The translations under genes were made by a program, and so were the position numbers. From a virus (Duplodnaviria > Caudoviricetes): 30,310 bases of DNA. The stretch covers positions 1-30,310 of the IMG/VR virus record IMGVR_UViG_3300037705_000202. The stretch is one strand, 5' to 3'. The notes beneath the pieces were generated by a model. That model did no database searches. It was not told the DNA's origin and saw nothing but the letters and a program-made list of their open reading frames with translations. Shown here piece by piece: positions 15,328-24,490 of the stretch. How positions within the stretch are numbered: the stretch's first letter is position 1; each line of letters starts with the position of its first letter.

Positions 15328-17448
15328 ATGAGCAAGAGAAACCGAACCCCCCGCCTCTCCCAACGCAGCGCCCCGGTCGCCCCGGCCCCTAACCAGGTGC
15401 CGGCCGGCCTGGATCGGGCCTGCGGCTATCGCTCGATGTCCCTGCGCCTGTCGTCCGACGGCACCCCGGCCAGCCTGGATGAGAAAAACCGCTCGGTCGA
15501 AGTGGTGGCCGCCACCGAGACCCCGGTCCAGGTTTTCGACTGGGAGCGCTGGGAAGTGGTGCATGAAGTGCTGTTGATGTCCGGCCTGGAGATGCCGCCA
15601 TCCCGGCAGGTGGTGCTGCTCGATTCGCATTACCGGGGCGGGGCCGAGTCGGTGATCGGTTCGGCCCGCGAGCTGCAGGTGGCCGGCGCCGATCTGCAGG
15701 CCCGGGCCCACTTCACCAGCCAGCCCGAGGGCGAAGGCCCCTACAGCAAACTGCGCGAGGGGCACCTCACCGACTTTTCGGTGGGCTACCGGATCGACAA
15801 GGCGGAATGGGTGCCGGAAGGTGAAACCGCCACCATCGCCGGCCGCAAGTTCAGCGGCCCGGTCAAGGTGGTGACCGCCTGGAAAATCAGGGAATTAAGC
15901 GTCTGCCCGATCGGGGCCGACGAATTGGCCAAGGCAAGGGCAGAAAACCCCGCGCCGCAAACTCATAAGGAGAACGACATGGATAAAGCCATGCGGGCGT
16001 TCCTCGAACGGCAGGGACTGTCCAAAGACGCAACCGATGAAGAAGCCAAGCGCTTCCTGGATGAACTCAACACCAGGGGCGCGGTAATCACGCCGCCCGC
16101 CACTCCGGCGGCCACCCCCACCGCCGAAGAGCTGGAGAAGATTCGCTCCGAGGCGGTCGGCAAGGAGCGCGGCCGGATCGGCGAGATTGACGCCATGTGC
16201 CGCAAGTACGGCTGCGAGGAGCTGGCCGGGCCGATGATCGTCGCCGGCGACAGCGTCGACGCCGCCCGGGTCAAGGTCCTGGAGCAGGTGGCCACCCGTC
16301 GGCAGGAGCCCAACAACCTGGGCTTCCGGGTCGAGGTCGGGGCCGAGGCCCGGGAGAAGTTCCAGGCCGCCGCCAGCGACGGCCTGATGCTGCGGGCCGG
16401 GATCGCCGCCCCCCAGGGCCGGCAGATGGCCCCGGGCGCCGACGAGCTGGCCGGCTTCACCCTGCGCGAACTGGCCCGCCATGCCTTGGTGGTGGCCGGC
16501 GAGCGGGTGCCCTCCAACCCGATGGAGATGATCGGCCGGGCCCTGACCAGCGCCGACCTGCCGGTGATCCTCGGCAACACCGCCAACCTCTCGCTGCAGT
16601 CCGGCTTCGACGCCGCCGACGAGACCTATGCCCAGTGGTGCGGCGAGGGCTCGGTCTCCGACTTCAAGACCCACACCGCCGCCCGGGCCAGTGAGTCCGA
16701 CGACCTGGCCGAAGTGCCGGACGGCGGCCAGTACAAATACGGCGACCGCGAAGAGCAGTCGGAGCAGTACTCCATCGCCACCTACGGGCGGATCTTCCCG
16801 ATCACCCGGCAGTCGATCATCAACGACGAGCTGGGCGCCCTGACCACCGTGCCCTTCGAGCACGGCGAGGCCGCCAACCGCAAGATCGGTGACGTGGCCT
16901 ACGCGGTGCTCACCGCCAACGCCAATATGGGCGACGGGGCCGCCCTGTTCGTGGCCGCGCACGGCAACCTGGCCGCCGGCGGCAATGTCGGCGCGGTGGC
17001 CATCGCCACCATGGCCGAGGCCATCCGGGCCATGAAGACCCAAAAGGACATCAAGGGCAAGCGCCGCCTCAACATCCGGCCGATGTTCTACCTGGCCCCG
17101 GTCACCGCCGAAGGGGCGGCCGAGGTCTTCTTCCGCTCCGAGCGCTTCACCGACTCCGACACCGTCGCCACCGACAGCTCGCTGGCCGGCAGCCGGGTCA
17201 ACCCCTACTCCGGCAACTACATCACCCGGGTCTACGATTCCCGCCTGGATGACGACTCCACCACCGCCTGGTACCTGTCGGCCAAGAAGGGCCAGTTCGT
17301 CAAGCTCTTCTTCCTGAACGGCGTCAAGCGCCCCTACCTGGAAGTCCAGCGAGGCTGGACCGTGGACGGGGTCGAGAACAAGGTCCGGATCGACGTGGGC
17401 GCCAAGGCCATGAACTGGAAGGGCGGCTACAAGAACCCCGGCGCGTGA
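15328..17448 (+). CDS. Prohead protease (HK97-type) - scaffold - major capsid protein fusion (706 aa)
   Basis: Protease motifs LLDSH, FSVGY, ELSVCPIGAD; capsid motifs 'SVSDFK', 'TYGRIFPITRQSIINDELG', 'KVRIDVG...WKG.YKNPG'. Confidence 0.9.
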   Translation: MSKRNRTPRLSQRSAPVAPAPNQVPAGLDRACGYRSMSLRLSSDGTPASLDEKNRSVEVVAATETPVQVFDWERWEVVHEVLLMSGLEMPPSRQVVLLDSHYRGGAESVIGSARELQVAGADLQARAHFTSQPEGEGPYSKLREGHLTDFSVGYRIDKAEWVPEGETATIAGRKFSGPVKVVTAWKIRELSVCPIGADELAKARAENPAPQTHKENDMDKAMRAFLERQGLSKDATDEEAKRFLDELNTRGAVITPPATPAATPTAEELEKIRSEAVGKERGRIGEIDAMCRKYGCEELAGPMIVAGDSVDAARVKVLEQVATRRQEPNNLGFRVEVGAEAREKFQAAASDGLMLRAGIAAPQGRQMAPGADELAGFTLRELARHALVVAGERVPSNPMEMIGRALTSADLPVILGNTANLSLQSGFDAADETYAQWCGEGSVSDFKTHTAARASESDDLAEVPDGGQYKYGDREEQSEQYSIATYGRIFPITRQSIINDELGALTTVPFEHGEAANRKIGDVAYAVLTANANMGDGAALFVAAHGNLAAGGNVGAVAIATMAEAIRAMKTQKDIKGKRRLNIRPMFYLAPVTAEGAAEVFFRSERFTDSDTVATDSSLAGSRVNPYSGNYITRVYDSRLDDDSTTAWYLSAKKGQFVKLFFLNGVKRPYLEVQRGWTVDGVENKVRIDVGAKAMNWKGGYKNPGA

Positions 17449-17480
17449 TCGGCCGGTTGAGCCGTAACGGTTAAACCATC

Positions 17481-17502
17481 GGGGCCGGGATCTCCCGGCC
17501 CC
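17481..17502 (+). other. GC-rich hairpin after the capsid gene (mRNA-stabilising or weak terminator)
   Basis: GGGGCCGGGA-TC-TCCCGGCCCC; no U-tract. Confidence 0.5.
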
Positions 17503-17528
17503 TCACCAAAATTTGCAAGGAGAACACC

Positions 17529-17924
17529 ATGGGTACCGGAGCACTCGATAACAAACTGCAAGTCGCTTACTTCGAATACGATTTCGCCAGAGACGGCGGA
17601 GCGATCGGCGACATCACCCTGCGCGGCAACTCTTTGCCCGCCTACGCCATCGTGATCGGCGGCATGATCGACGTTGAAGTCGCGGTCACTTCCGCCGACG
17701 CCGCCACCATTGCCCTGAACCTGGAAGCGGCCGCCGACGTGCTGGCCATTACCGGCAAGGCATCGTTCAGCCTGGCGGCCCTGCTCGACGTGGTGCCGGT
17801 CAACACCGCCGCCACTGCCGTCCGGCTGACCGCCATCAGAAAACTGGTGGCGACGGTGGCCGACTTTGCCCTCACCGCCGGCAAGTTCACCGTGGCGCTG
17901 ACCTACATCCTGCCCCGCGACTGA
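17529..17924 (+). CDS. Virion structural protein (possible head decoration)
   Basis: AAGGAG RBS; beta-rich, Ala/Val/Thr-rich; directly follows the capsid gene. Confidence 0.6.
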   Translation: MGTGALDNKLQVAYFEYDFARDGGAIGDITLRGNSLPAYAIVIGGMIDVEVAVTSADAATIALNLEAAADVLAITGKASFSLAALLDVVPVNTAATAVRLTAIRKLVATVADFALTAGKFTVALTYILPRD

Positions 17925-17939
17925 CAGAGGTAATTCGTT

Positions 17940-18260
17940 GTGGGTTTAAGAGAAGTATTCGCCCAGGCCGTCGCCGATCTGTATTCCGATCCGGATATGG
18001 GTTCGGTGGCGGTCTTTACTCCGTTAGCCGGGGATCCGGTTCCGGAGTGCCATGTGGTCGTGCGTTTCAACCAGCAGCTGGCCACTTCCGGCTTGGATTC
18101 GCAAGTCTTCACTCTGGGGACAACCTTGCGTTATCTGCAGGCCGAAATCGGGCGCCAGGTAAAGGTTGGAGAAATATTCACCGACTCGTCAGGTATTTAC
18201 ACGGTCGAAAAGCTGCTCTCCAACGACGGCATCTCCGGGATGGTGGTGGTCAAATGCTGA
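17940..18260 (+). CDS. Head-tail joining protein (gpFII-like)
   Basis: Size, position, 'GEIFT...YTVE..LSNDG' pattern. Confidence 0.6.
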   Translation: MGLREVFAQAVADLYSDPDMGSVAVFTPLAGDPVPECHVVVRFNQQLATSGLDSQVFTLGTTLRYLQAEIGRQVKVGEIFTDSSGIYTVEKLLSNDGISGMVVVKC

Positions 18261-18892
18261 AAGTGCGGATCAATCAGGCCGATCTGTTCAAGGTTGGGCT
18301 GCTCCTGGGCGGCATCGAAAAGGGTTCGGCCACCGCCATTTCCCGGGCGGTCAACAAGGGGTTGGACGGGGTCAGCCCGGAGGTCAAAAGCGTGGTGGGC
18401 TCGGAGATCAACGCCAAGGCCAAGGCGGTAACCAGCCAGGTCAAAGTGATTAAGACCTGGCCTGGAAACCTTAACGGCAAGGCGGTGATCGGCGAAGGCG
18501 CATATGGACGCGGCAAGGGGACGGCGCTGATCGATTACCGCAACAGCCGGCAGACCAAAAAAGGGGTGACGGTGGTGCTCAAGTCCGGCCGTTCCCGCAC
18601 TTTGATTCCCGGCGCCTTTATCGCCACCATGAGGTCCGGCCATCGCGGCGTTTTCCGCCGGGCCGGCTATACCAACCTGTACGAACCCCGAGGTACCAAG
18701 GGGATTTTTATCGAAGGCGGCAAGGTAATTACCCCAAAAAGCCCCGGCCAGCGGAGAGAGGCAATCAAGGAACTGTTTTCTACTTCGGTGGTCGACGCCA
18801 TGGGCGACAATCTGCCCCTCGTCGTTTACCGGGTCCAGGCCCGAATCGATAAAGAGCTTTCCCGGCAGGTCGACCTGCTGTTGAGCAAATGA
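18254..18892 (+). CDS. Tail completion protein (lambda gpZ-like, 212 aa)
   Basis: Basic; 'AISRAVNK', 'GAFIATMRSGHRGVFRR'; synteny. Confidence 0.7.
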   Translation: MLKVRINQADLFKVGLLLGGIEKGSATAISRAVNKGLDGVSPEVKSVVGSEINAKAKAVTSQVKVIKTWPGNLNGKAVIGEGAYGRGKGTALIDYRNSRQTKKGVTVVLKSGRSRTLIPGAFIATMRSGHRGVFRRAGYTNLYEPRGTKGIFIEGGKVITPKSPGQRREAIKELFSTSVVDAMGDNLPLVVYRVQARIDKELSRQVDLLLSK

Positions 18893-19365
18893 CCATGGCC
18901 GACACCATCCGCGAACAGATCATCCAGGCCATTGCCGCCAAGCTGGCCCTGGTCCGCACCGCTTCCGGTTACGCCACCGACTGCGGCGCCCTGGTACTGC
19001 GTGAACGGAGCCGGCTCGATCCCGAGGCCGCTGAGATCCCGGCCTTTGTGATCTGGCCCGGGCCGGAAACCGTGGTGCAGCAGTACGGCAAAAATCTTTG
19101 CGCCATGACCGTCAATGTCGACGCCCATGTCAGCCTGGCCGGCTCCGAGGCCTCGGTGCTCAAGGAGCGGATGCTGGGCGACCTGATCAAGAGCATGACC
19201 AACCCGGCGCTTACTCCGGACACCACCGGCGGCCTGGCCAACCAGGTGCTTTACACCGGCGGCGGCGGCGGAGCGACGGCCGAGGCTGGCGATGAGACTA
19301 TCGGCATCACCACCGCCTTTTCCATCAAGTACCAGACCAAAATCGGCGACCCCTATAACCAATAA
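18889..19365 (+). CDS. Tail terminator protein (gpU-like)
   Basis: 'REQIIQAI..KL', 'TGGLA', '.Y.T..GDPY'; precedes the tail tube gene. Confidence 0.65.
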   Translation: MTMADTIREQIIQAIAAKLALVRTASGYATDCGALVLRERSRLDPEAAEIPAFVIWPGPETVVQQYGKNLCAMTVNVDAHVSLAGSEASVLKERMLGDLIKSMTNPALTPDTTGGLANQVLYTGGGGGATAEAGDETIGITTAFSIKYQTKIGDPYNQ

Positions 19366-19376
19366 GGAGACAGACC

Positions 19377-20384
19377 ATGGGCAATGCAGCCAACGCGGCC
19401 ATCCATTACGAGTCCGGCCAAACCCCCACCAACATGACCGCCCTGACCGATACCGGCGATCATAAAACTTTCAACTCCGCGGCCGAGGTTTTCAGCCGCA
19501 AGTCCGGCTTTCGGGCCAACATCAAGCCGAACGGCCTGGCCACCGGCGGAGCGGTTACCCCGGCCGCCTCCGGCACCAACGACCTGGTGGATGGCGCCGC
19601 CCTCACCTGCTATCTGGCCGGGGTGCTGACCGAGGTCGCTGCCGACACCGATCTGGCCTGCACCAGGGGCGCCGATACCGATACCCACATCATCAACTCG
19701 ATTACCGTCACCGACGCCGGGGCCTATGCCGTGGTAGCCGGGACCGACGGCGCCGCTTTCTCCGAAACCCGGGACGCCGAAGGCGGGCCGCCGCTGATCC
19801 CGGTCGGCTCCATCGAGATCGCCCAGGTCCGCCTGTCCAGCATCGCCGCGGCCGCCATCACCGCCGCCGAGATTTACGCCATTGTCGGCACCCACGTCGA
19901 GCGCTTTGACTATCCGCCGTTCTCCGAGGCCTCGGTCCGGGTCGAAAACCGGATCATGGGTTTTGCCGGGGTGGATTTTGCCACGGCCCTGCCGCTGATC
20001 CATACCGGCCCCGCCGCCAAGAAGGTTTACGCCAGCTATTACGAGCCGGAGTTTATCAAGGTGCCGGTTTCCGCCGATTTCGTCCCGGCCGAGACCACCC
20101 ATTCGACCAACTCCAAACAATATTACGAGACCACCAAGGGTTCGGTGTCCAGCTCCATCGGCCAATCCAGCTTTACCGCGGTGCTGGAAGACGGCATTTC
20201 CGACAGCTTCCTGGAAATGAAGAACCAGACCATCTGGTTCAAGTTTTTCAAGGATAAGCTGGACGATAAGTACGTGCTGACCAACGGCAAACTCGGCATC
20301 AGCCGGCAATTCCCGGCCGGCGACGACATCACCGCCGCCTGCACGGTCAGCGCCGAGGATGCCAGCGTCGAGGTAATCGGCTGA
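19377..20384 (+). CDS. Major tail tube protein (putative)
   Basis: AAGGAG RBS; Thr/Ala/Gly-rich; between terminator and tail chaperone. Confidence 0.65.
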   Translation: MGNAANAAIHYESGQTPTNMTALTDTGDHKTFNSAAEVFSRKSGFRANIKPNGLATGGAVTPAASGTNDLVDGAALTCYLAGVLTEVAADTDLACTRGADTDTHIINSITVTDAGAYAVVAGTDGAAFSETRDAEGGPPLIPVGSIEIAQVRLSSIAAAAITAAEIYAIVGTHVERFDYPPFSEASVRVENRIMGFAGVDFATALPLIHTGPAAKKVYASYYEPEFIKVPVSADFVPAETTHSTNSKQYYETTKGSVSSSIGQSSFTAVLEDGISDSFLEMKNQTIWFKFFKDKLDDKYVLTNGKLGISRQFPAGDDITAACTVSAEDASVEVIG

Positions 20385-20872
20385 TGGCCACAAATACCAA
20401 GCCCAAGTTCGACCTGAAGCGCTTTAAGCAGGCCAAATGGCGACCCCGGACCGAGGATGTGCCGGTACCTGACCTGCGCGATTTTTTCAACGGTCTTCCT
20501 GAAGGTGAGACCCCGGTCTGGAAAGTCCGGGGTCTCACCGGCAAGGAACTTGCCCTGGCAAACGAAGCGGCGAACAGGAACAAGGACTTGGTCGCCCTGG
20601 TCGGGAAAATGGCCGGCGGCACCAGTAAGGAGAAAGCGGCGGCGGTTGCCGAGGCCTACGGTTTAGACGCGGATACAACTCCGGATCTGGCCAAACGCAT
20701 CTATATGTTGGAGGTCGGTTCGGAAGAGCCACAAATCGATCTGGAATTGGCGAAGATTTTCTGCAAAGCGTTCCCGGTCGAATTCTACGAGATCACAAAC
20801 AAAATTTCGAGATTGACCGGCGAGGGGCATATCCCGGGAAAGCCTCAAGCCTCTGGAAAAGAGGCGACGTAA
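20384..20872 (+). CDS. Tail assembly chaperone (gpG-like)
   Basis: Position before tape measure; ends ...PGK with slippery GGGAAAG. Confidence 0.8.
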   Translation: MATNTKPKFDLKRFKQAKWRPRTEDVPVPDLRDFFNGLPEGETPVWKVRGLTGKELALANEAANRNKDLVALVGKMAGGTSKEKAAAVAEAYGLDADTTPDLAKRIYMLEVGSEEPQIDLELAKIFCKAFPVEFYEITNKISRLTGEGHIPGKPQASGKEAT

Positions 20873-21009
20873 AAGCTGCCTTGGCCTTGGGGCACAAATG
20901 GGGCAAGCCCTTGTTCGAATTACGCCCCGACCTGTTCCCGGAAGGATTTTTAACCGATGCCGAAACAGAGCTTTGGGGGCTCTACCTCGACTCGATAAAG
21001 AAAAAGTGA
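20836..21009 (+). CDS. -1 frameshift extension (gpT-like) giving a ~208 aa gpGT product
   Basis: G GGA AAG at 20836-20842 in the correct frame; -1 frame reads GKASSLWKRGDVKAALAL...TELWGLYLDSIKKK* to TGA 21007-21009, 4 nt before the TMP start. Confidence 0.8.
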   Translation, partial: GKASSLWKRGDVKAALALGHKWGKPLFELRPDLFPEGFLTDAETELWGLYLDSIKKK

Positions 21010-21013
21010 TGCC

Positions 21014-23695
21014 ATGGCCGACCAGAAACGCACGGTTGAAATCATTTTTGAAGGTGTTGACAACACCGCCAAAATCACCAAAGGCATCACTTCGACGCTG
21101 GATAAGCTGGCCGGCGGGGTCGGAGATATCACCGCCCCGCTGGCCGCCGCCGGCGAAGGGCTCTTGAAGCTTGAGGGTTCGATTATCGCGGTTGGTGCCG
21201 CCTATGCGGTATATGCCTTCGAATCTTCCAAGAAGTTTGAATCGGCCCAGCTCGATTTGCAAAAAGTCCTCAGCGATAGCGACGGGGATGTTTCGCAATA
21301 TTCAGACCAGGTTTTCGAGCTGTCCAATAAATACGGGATGGCGTCGGCCGATATTTTGCAGTCCGCCGCTAATTTCCGGCAATCAGGCTTCGATACCAAG
21401 GAAGCCTTCGACCTGGTCAAGGTTTCCCTCGATCAGGCGATTGCCGGTGAAATCGGCGCGGCGGAGTCGAGCGATTTACTGGTTGCCGCCCTGAAGGGCT
21501 TCAAAGCCCCGGCTGATGAAGCCGCCCGCCTGGTCGACGTTCTCAATGAGACCTCGAATAATTACGCCACCGATTTGAAGCAGTTGGCCATCGGCATGGC
21601 GGACTTCTCGCCGATTGCCAAGCAGATGGGTTTCTCTTTTGAGGAGACCGCCGGTCTGCTAACCCCGGTGATCGAGGTTTTCCGGGACGGTAGCGAGGCC
21701 TCGACCGCGCTCAAAACCGGCCTGCTCAAGTTGATCGATGATAGTGCCCCGGTGCAAAAGGCGCTGGCCTCAATCGGGGTATCGCAGACCGACGCCAATG
21801 GGGCGCTGCGTTCCGGCAAAGATATCCTGCTCGATGTTTCGGCGGCCTTCCAGGCCCTGGACGAAAACCAGAAGCTTTACATCACCCAGCAGCTTACCGG
21901 GATTCATCAGGCCGCCAAGATGGTCGAGGTATTTAATGGCTTGGCCAAGTCGCAGGAGATCACCGCCACCGCCATGCAGGCCGCCGGGTCGGCGGCCAAG
22001 GAAGTGGAGATCCGCCTAGCCGGGGCTAAAGCCGCCGCCGATAGAGTGAAGGTCGGTTTTGAGAACCTGGGCATTGTTATTGGCCTGAATTTTAAGAACG
22101 AAATCAAAGAGGTTCTCGACGGGGTTTCTCTGCTGGAAATTGCCATGCAGAAAGTGGTTACCAGCGGCGGCCTGAAGCCGTTGTTTGAAGCCCTTAATCC
22201 GCTCATCACCAAAATCAGCGATCTCCTCAAAGCCGTGGCCAAAAATCTTCCGGCCGCCTTCAATGGGATTGATTTCGGCCGGCTGGTGGCCTCGTTTGAA
22301 GGGCTGGGCGGGTCGATTGGCCAGGCCCTGGAGGCCTTCTTCGGGCCGATGGATTTGACCACCGTCGAGGGTTTGCGGGATTTAATTCAAAAGCTGGTGG
22401 ACGGCCTGGCCGTCCTCACTGAGACCACCAGTGGGATGGTGCAAGGTTTCAAACCTTTTCTGGAGCAGTTGGCCAAGATCAAGGATGCATTTTTTTCCCT
22501 TGATAGTAGTGGCACCAATTCCTTGGGAACGATGCTGGGCATGGCCACAGCCATTAACGGACTGCTTGGTCCGCTCCAAAGTGCCCTTGGTTCAGTTAAG
22601 GGAATTGCAATTGCTTTTGAGACTCTTTCAGGGGTTCAGATTCTGAAATTAATTGGATCTATTACAGGTCCAAGTGGACTTACAACAGCATTGACTGGGC
22701 CAAGCATTGGAGCTGTAGCTGGATTTACAGTTGCCGCTACTGCTGGATATGCTTTTGGAAATATGCTGCGGGATATGTTTCCGCAAATCGATATCTGGGC
22801 AAACAAAATAGCCAACGGTATCGGTTGGTTGCTCTTGCAGGGAGATCAACAGAAGGAGATCAACCGGCTGACCCAGGGCGGCACCAAACTGACCGAGGAG
22901 CAGATCGAGGTCGAGAGAAAACGCCTGGAGCAGCTCAAGGAAATCCCGGAGATAATCGAAACCGAGGTAACCACCAAGTTCGACGCCGCCGCCTTTGCCG
23001 AGCATCTTGATTATCTCGATGCGATGAAGGAACTGACGATCACTCCAAAGGTCGACAAGCCGGCGGCTGCAACCGCAAAAACGGAACTGCTTTCGTACTT
23101 CGTCAACGGCGAGCAGCGCTGGATGGAAGTCGAAGTTGCTCCGGTAGTGACACCCGGAAAGCTCGAAGAAGTTTCAAAATCAGTTGAGGCCGAATTGGGC
23201 CTGAAACGATACGAGATCGAAATCGAGGCCAATAGCGAAAACCTCAAAACACAGGCGGCCCTGATTGAGAAATCTCTTGAGTTCAAGGCCCAGGTCGATA
23301 TCGCCGAGTTTGAGGCCGCCGCCAAAACCGTGGAGGCCCTGAGCAGTTCGATCAGCGCTGCTCTCAGCAGTTCGGCCGAGGTGGCCGGGTCGCTGCTGTC
23401 CAGCCTGGGCGAAGTCTCCTCCGGCAGCAGCCGGAGCTATTATCTCCAGAGCCTGCTGGACGATGAGATGCGCCTGCGCCAGGAGGCCCTGGACCTGCAG
23501 CGCGACCTTAATCAGGCCCAAATCGACTACATGAACGCCAAGACCAGGGCAATCAACCAGGGTGACGCGCAGATCAAGATCACCGCCGACGGTATGGAGC
23601 CGGAGATCGAAGCCTTCATGTGGCGCATCCTGGACAAGATCCAGCTCCGGGCCGCCGCCGAACAGGCCGAATTCCTGCTGGGACTGCCGGCATGA
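21014..23695 (+). CDS. Tail tape measure protein (TP901-like core)
   Basis: 893 aa, helical, Ala-rich; 'FESAQLDLQKV', 'GSEASTALKT' core; follows the chaperone. Confidence 0.92.
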   Translation: MADQKRTVEIIFEGVDNTAKITKGITSTLDKLAGGVGDITAPLAAAGEGLLKLEGSIIAVGAAYAVYAFESSKKFESAQLDLQKVLSDSDGDVSQYSDQVFELSNKYGMASADILQSAANFRQSGFDTKEAFDLVKVSLDQAIAGEIGAAESSDLLVAALKGFKAPADEAARLVDVLNETSNNYATDLKQLAIGMADFSPIAKQMGFSFEETAGLLTPVIEVFRDGSEASTALKTGLLKLIDDSAPVQKALASIGVSQTDANGALRSGKDILLDVSAAFQALDENQKLYITQQLTGIHQAAKMVEVFNGLAKSQEITATAMQAAGSAAKEVEIRLAGAKAAADRVKVGFENLGIVIGLNFKNEIKEVLDGVSLLEIAMQKVVTSGGLKPLFEALNPLITKISDLLKAVAKNLPAAFNGIDFGRLVASFEGLGGSIGQALEAFFGPMDLTTVEGLRDLIQKLVDGLAVLTETTSGMVQGFKPFLEQLAKIKDAFFSLDSSGTNSLGTMLGMATAINGLLGPLQSALGSVKGIAIAFETLSGVQILKLIGSITGPSGLTTALTGPSIGAVAGFTVAATAGYAFGNMLRDMFPQIDIWANKIANGIGWLLLQGDQQKEINRLTQGGTKLTEEQIEVERKRLEQLKEIPEIIETEVTTKFDAAAFAEHLDYLDAMKELTITPKVDKPAAATAKTELLSYFVNGEQRWMEVEVAPVVTPGKLEEVSKSVEAELGLKRYEIEIEANSENLKTQAALIEKSLEFKAQVDIAEFEAAAKTVEALSSSISAALSSSAEVAGSLLSSLGEVSSGSSRSYYLQSLLDDEMRLRQEALDLQRDLNQAQIDYMNAKTRAINQGDAQIKITADGMEPEIEAFMWRILDKIQLRAAAEQAEFLLGLPA

Positions 23696-24045
23696 TCGCG
23701 GTCTTGAGCGCCATCGCCGCCGATCCGCTCGGGGTGGTCGAGTTGGAGATCGATTTCTCCGGCAGCGATTTCAATTCCCTGAGCCGGCGAATCAGCCGCA
23801 CCGCCACCCTGGACGGCGGGGTGGTGCTCACCGACCTCGGCTACAGCGACGGCGACCGCACGGTGCTGCTGGCCACCCCGCCGGACGCCGAGGCCCTGGC
23901 CGGCTTGCAGTACCTGCTCCGCAATTATGGCCTGGTCAACGTCGCCCTGCCCGACGGCTTTTACCAGACCGGCCTCGCCAACCTGCAGGCCAACGGCGAG
24001 AACCTGGCCGTGTCCCTGCTGCTCAAACAACGACTTTCCGCCTAG
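23692..24045 (+). CDS. Distal tail-like protein (117 aa)
   Basis: ATGA overlap; 'RRISRTATLDGG...D.GYSDGDRT'; follows TMP. Confidence 0.6.
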   Translation: MIAVLSAIAADPLGVVELEIDFSGSDFNSLSRRISRTATLDGGVVLTDLGYSDGDRTVLLATPPDAEALAGLQYLLRNYGLVNVALPDGFYQTGLANLQANGENLAVSLLLKQRLSA

Positions 24046-24058
24046 AGGAGGCACCGCC

Positions 24059-24490
24059 ATGGCCGTAACCGCCACATTAAGCAACCACTACAAGGCCCAG
24101 CTCAAAAAAGGGGCCATCGATGAGGTCAACGACGTCTTCAAGCTGATCCTGATGAACACCACTTTCGCCTTCGACAAGGACGCTCATGCCACCCTGGCCG
24201 ATGTGACCGCCGATCAGTTGGCCACCGGCAACGGCTACACTCAGGACAACAAGGAGCTGGCCAACCAGGCGGTGGACGAAGACGACACCAACGACCGGGC
24301 CCGCTTCTCCGCCGACCCGGCCACCTTTACCGCCGCCGGCGGCGCCATCGGCCCCACCGGCGCGGCGATCATCTACGACGATACCACCGCCGACGATACC
24401 GTGGTCGGCTGCATCGATTTCGGCGGCGACATCACCGTGCCCGAAGGCTTTTCGTTCCAGATCTCCGGGCTGACCAACGACCTGACATGA
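24059..24490 (+). CDS. Tail-associated structural protein (143 aa)
   Basis: GAGGAGG RBS; 'FKLILM...GNGYT...IIYDDT...IDFG' pattern typical of phage virion proteins. Confidence 0.65.
   Translation: MAVTATLSNHYKAQLKKGAIDEVNDVFKLILMNTTFAFDKDAHATLADVTADQLATGNGYTQDNKELANQAVDEDDTNDRARFSADPATFTAAGGAIGPTGAAIIYDDTTADDTVVGCIDFGGDITVPEGFSFQISGLTNDLT

Noticed and set aside
13697-20393. Long alternative-frame and antisense ORFs (e.g. 13697-14593, 15895-17043, 19353-20393)
   Set aside because: Shadows of high-GC codon usage over well-supported structural genes
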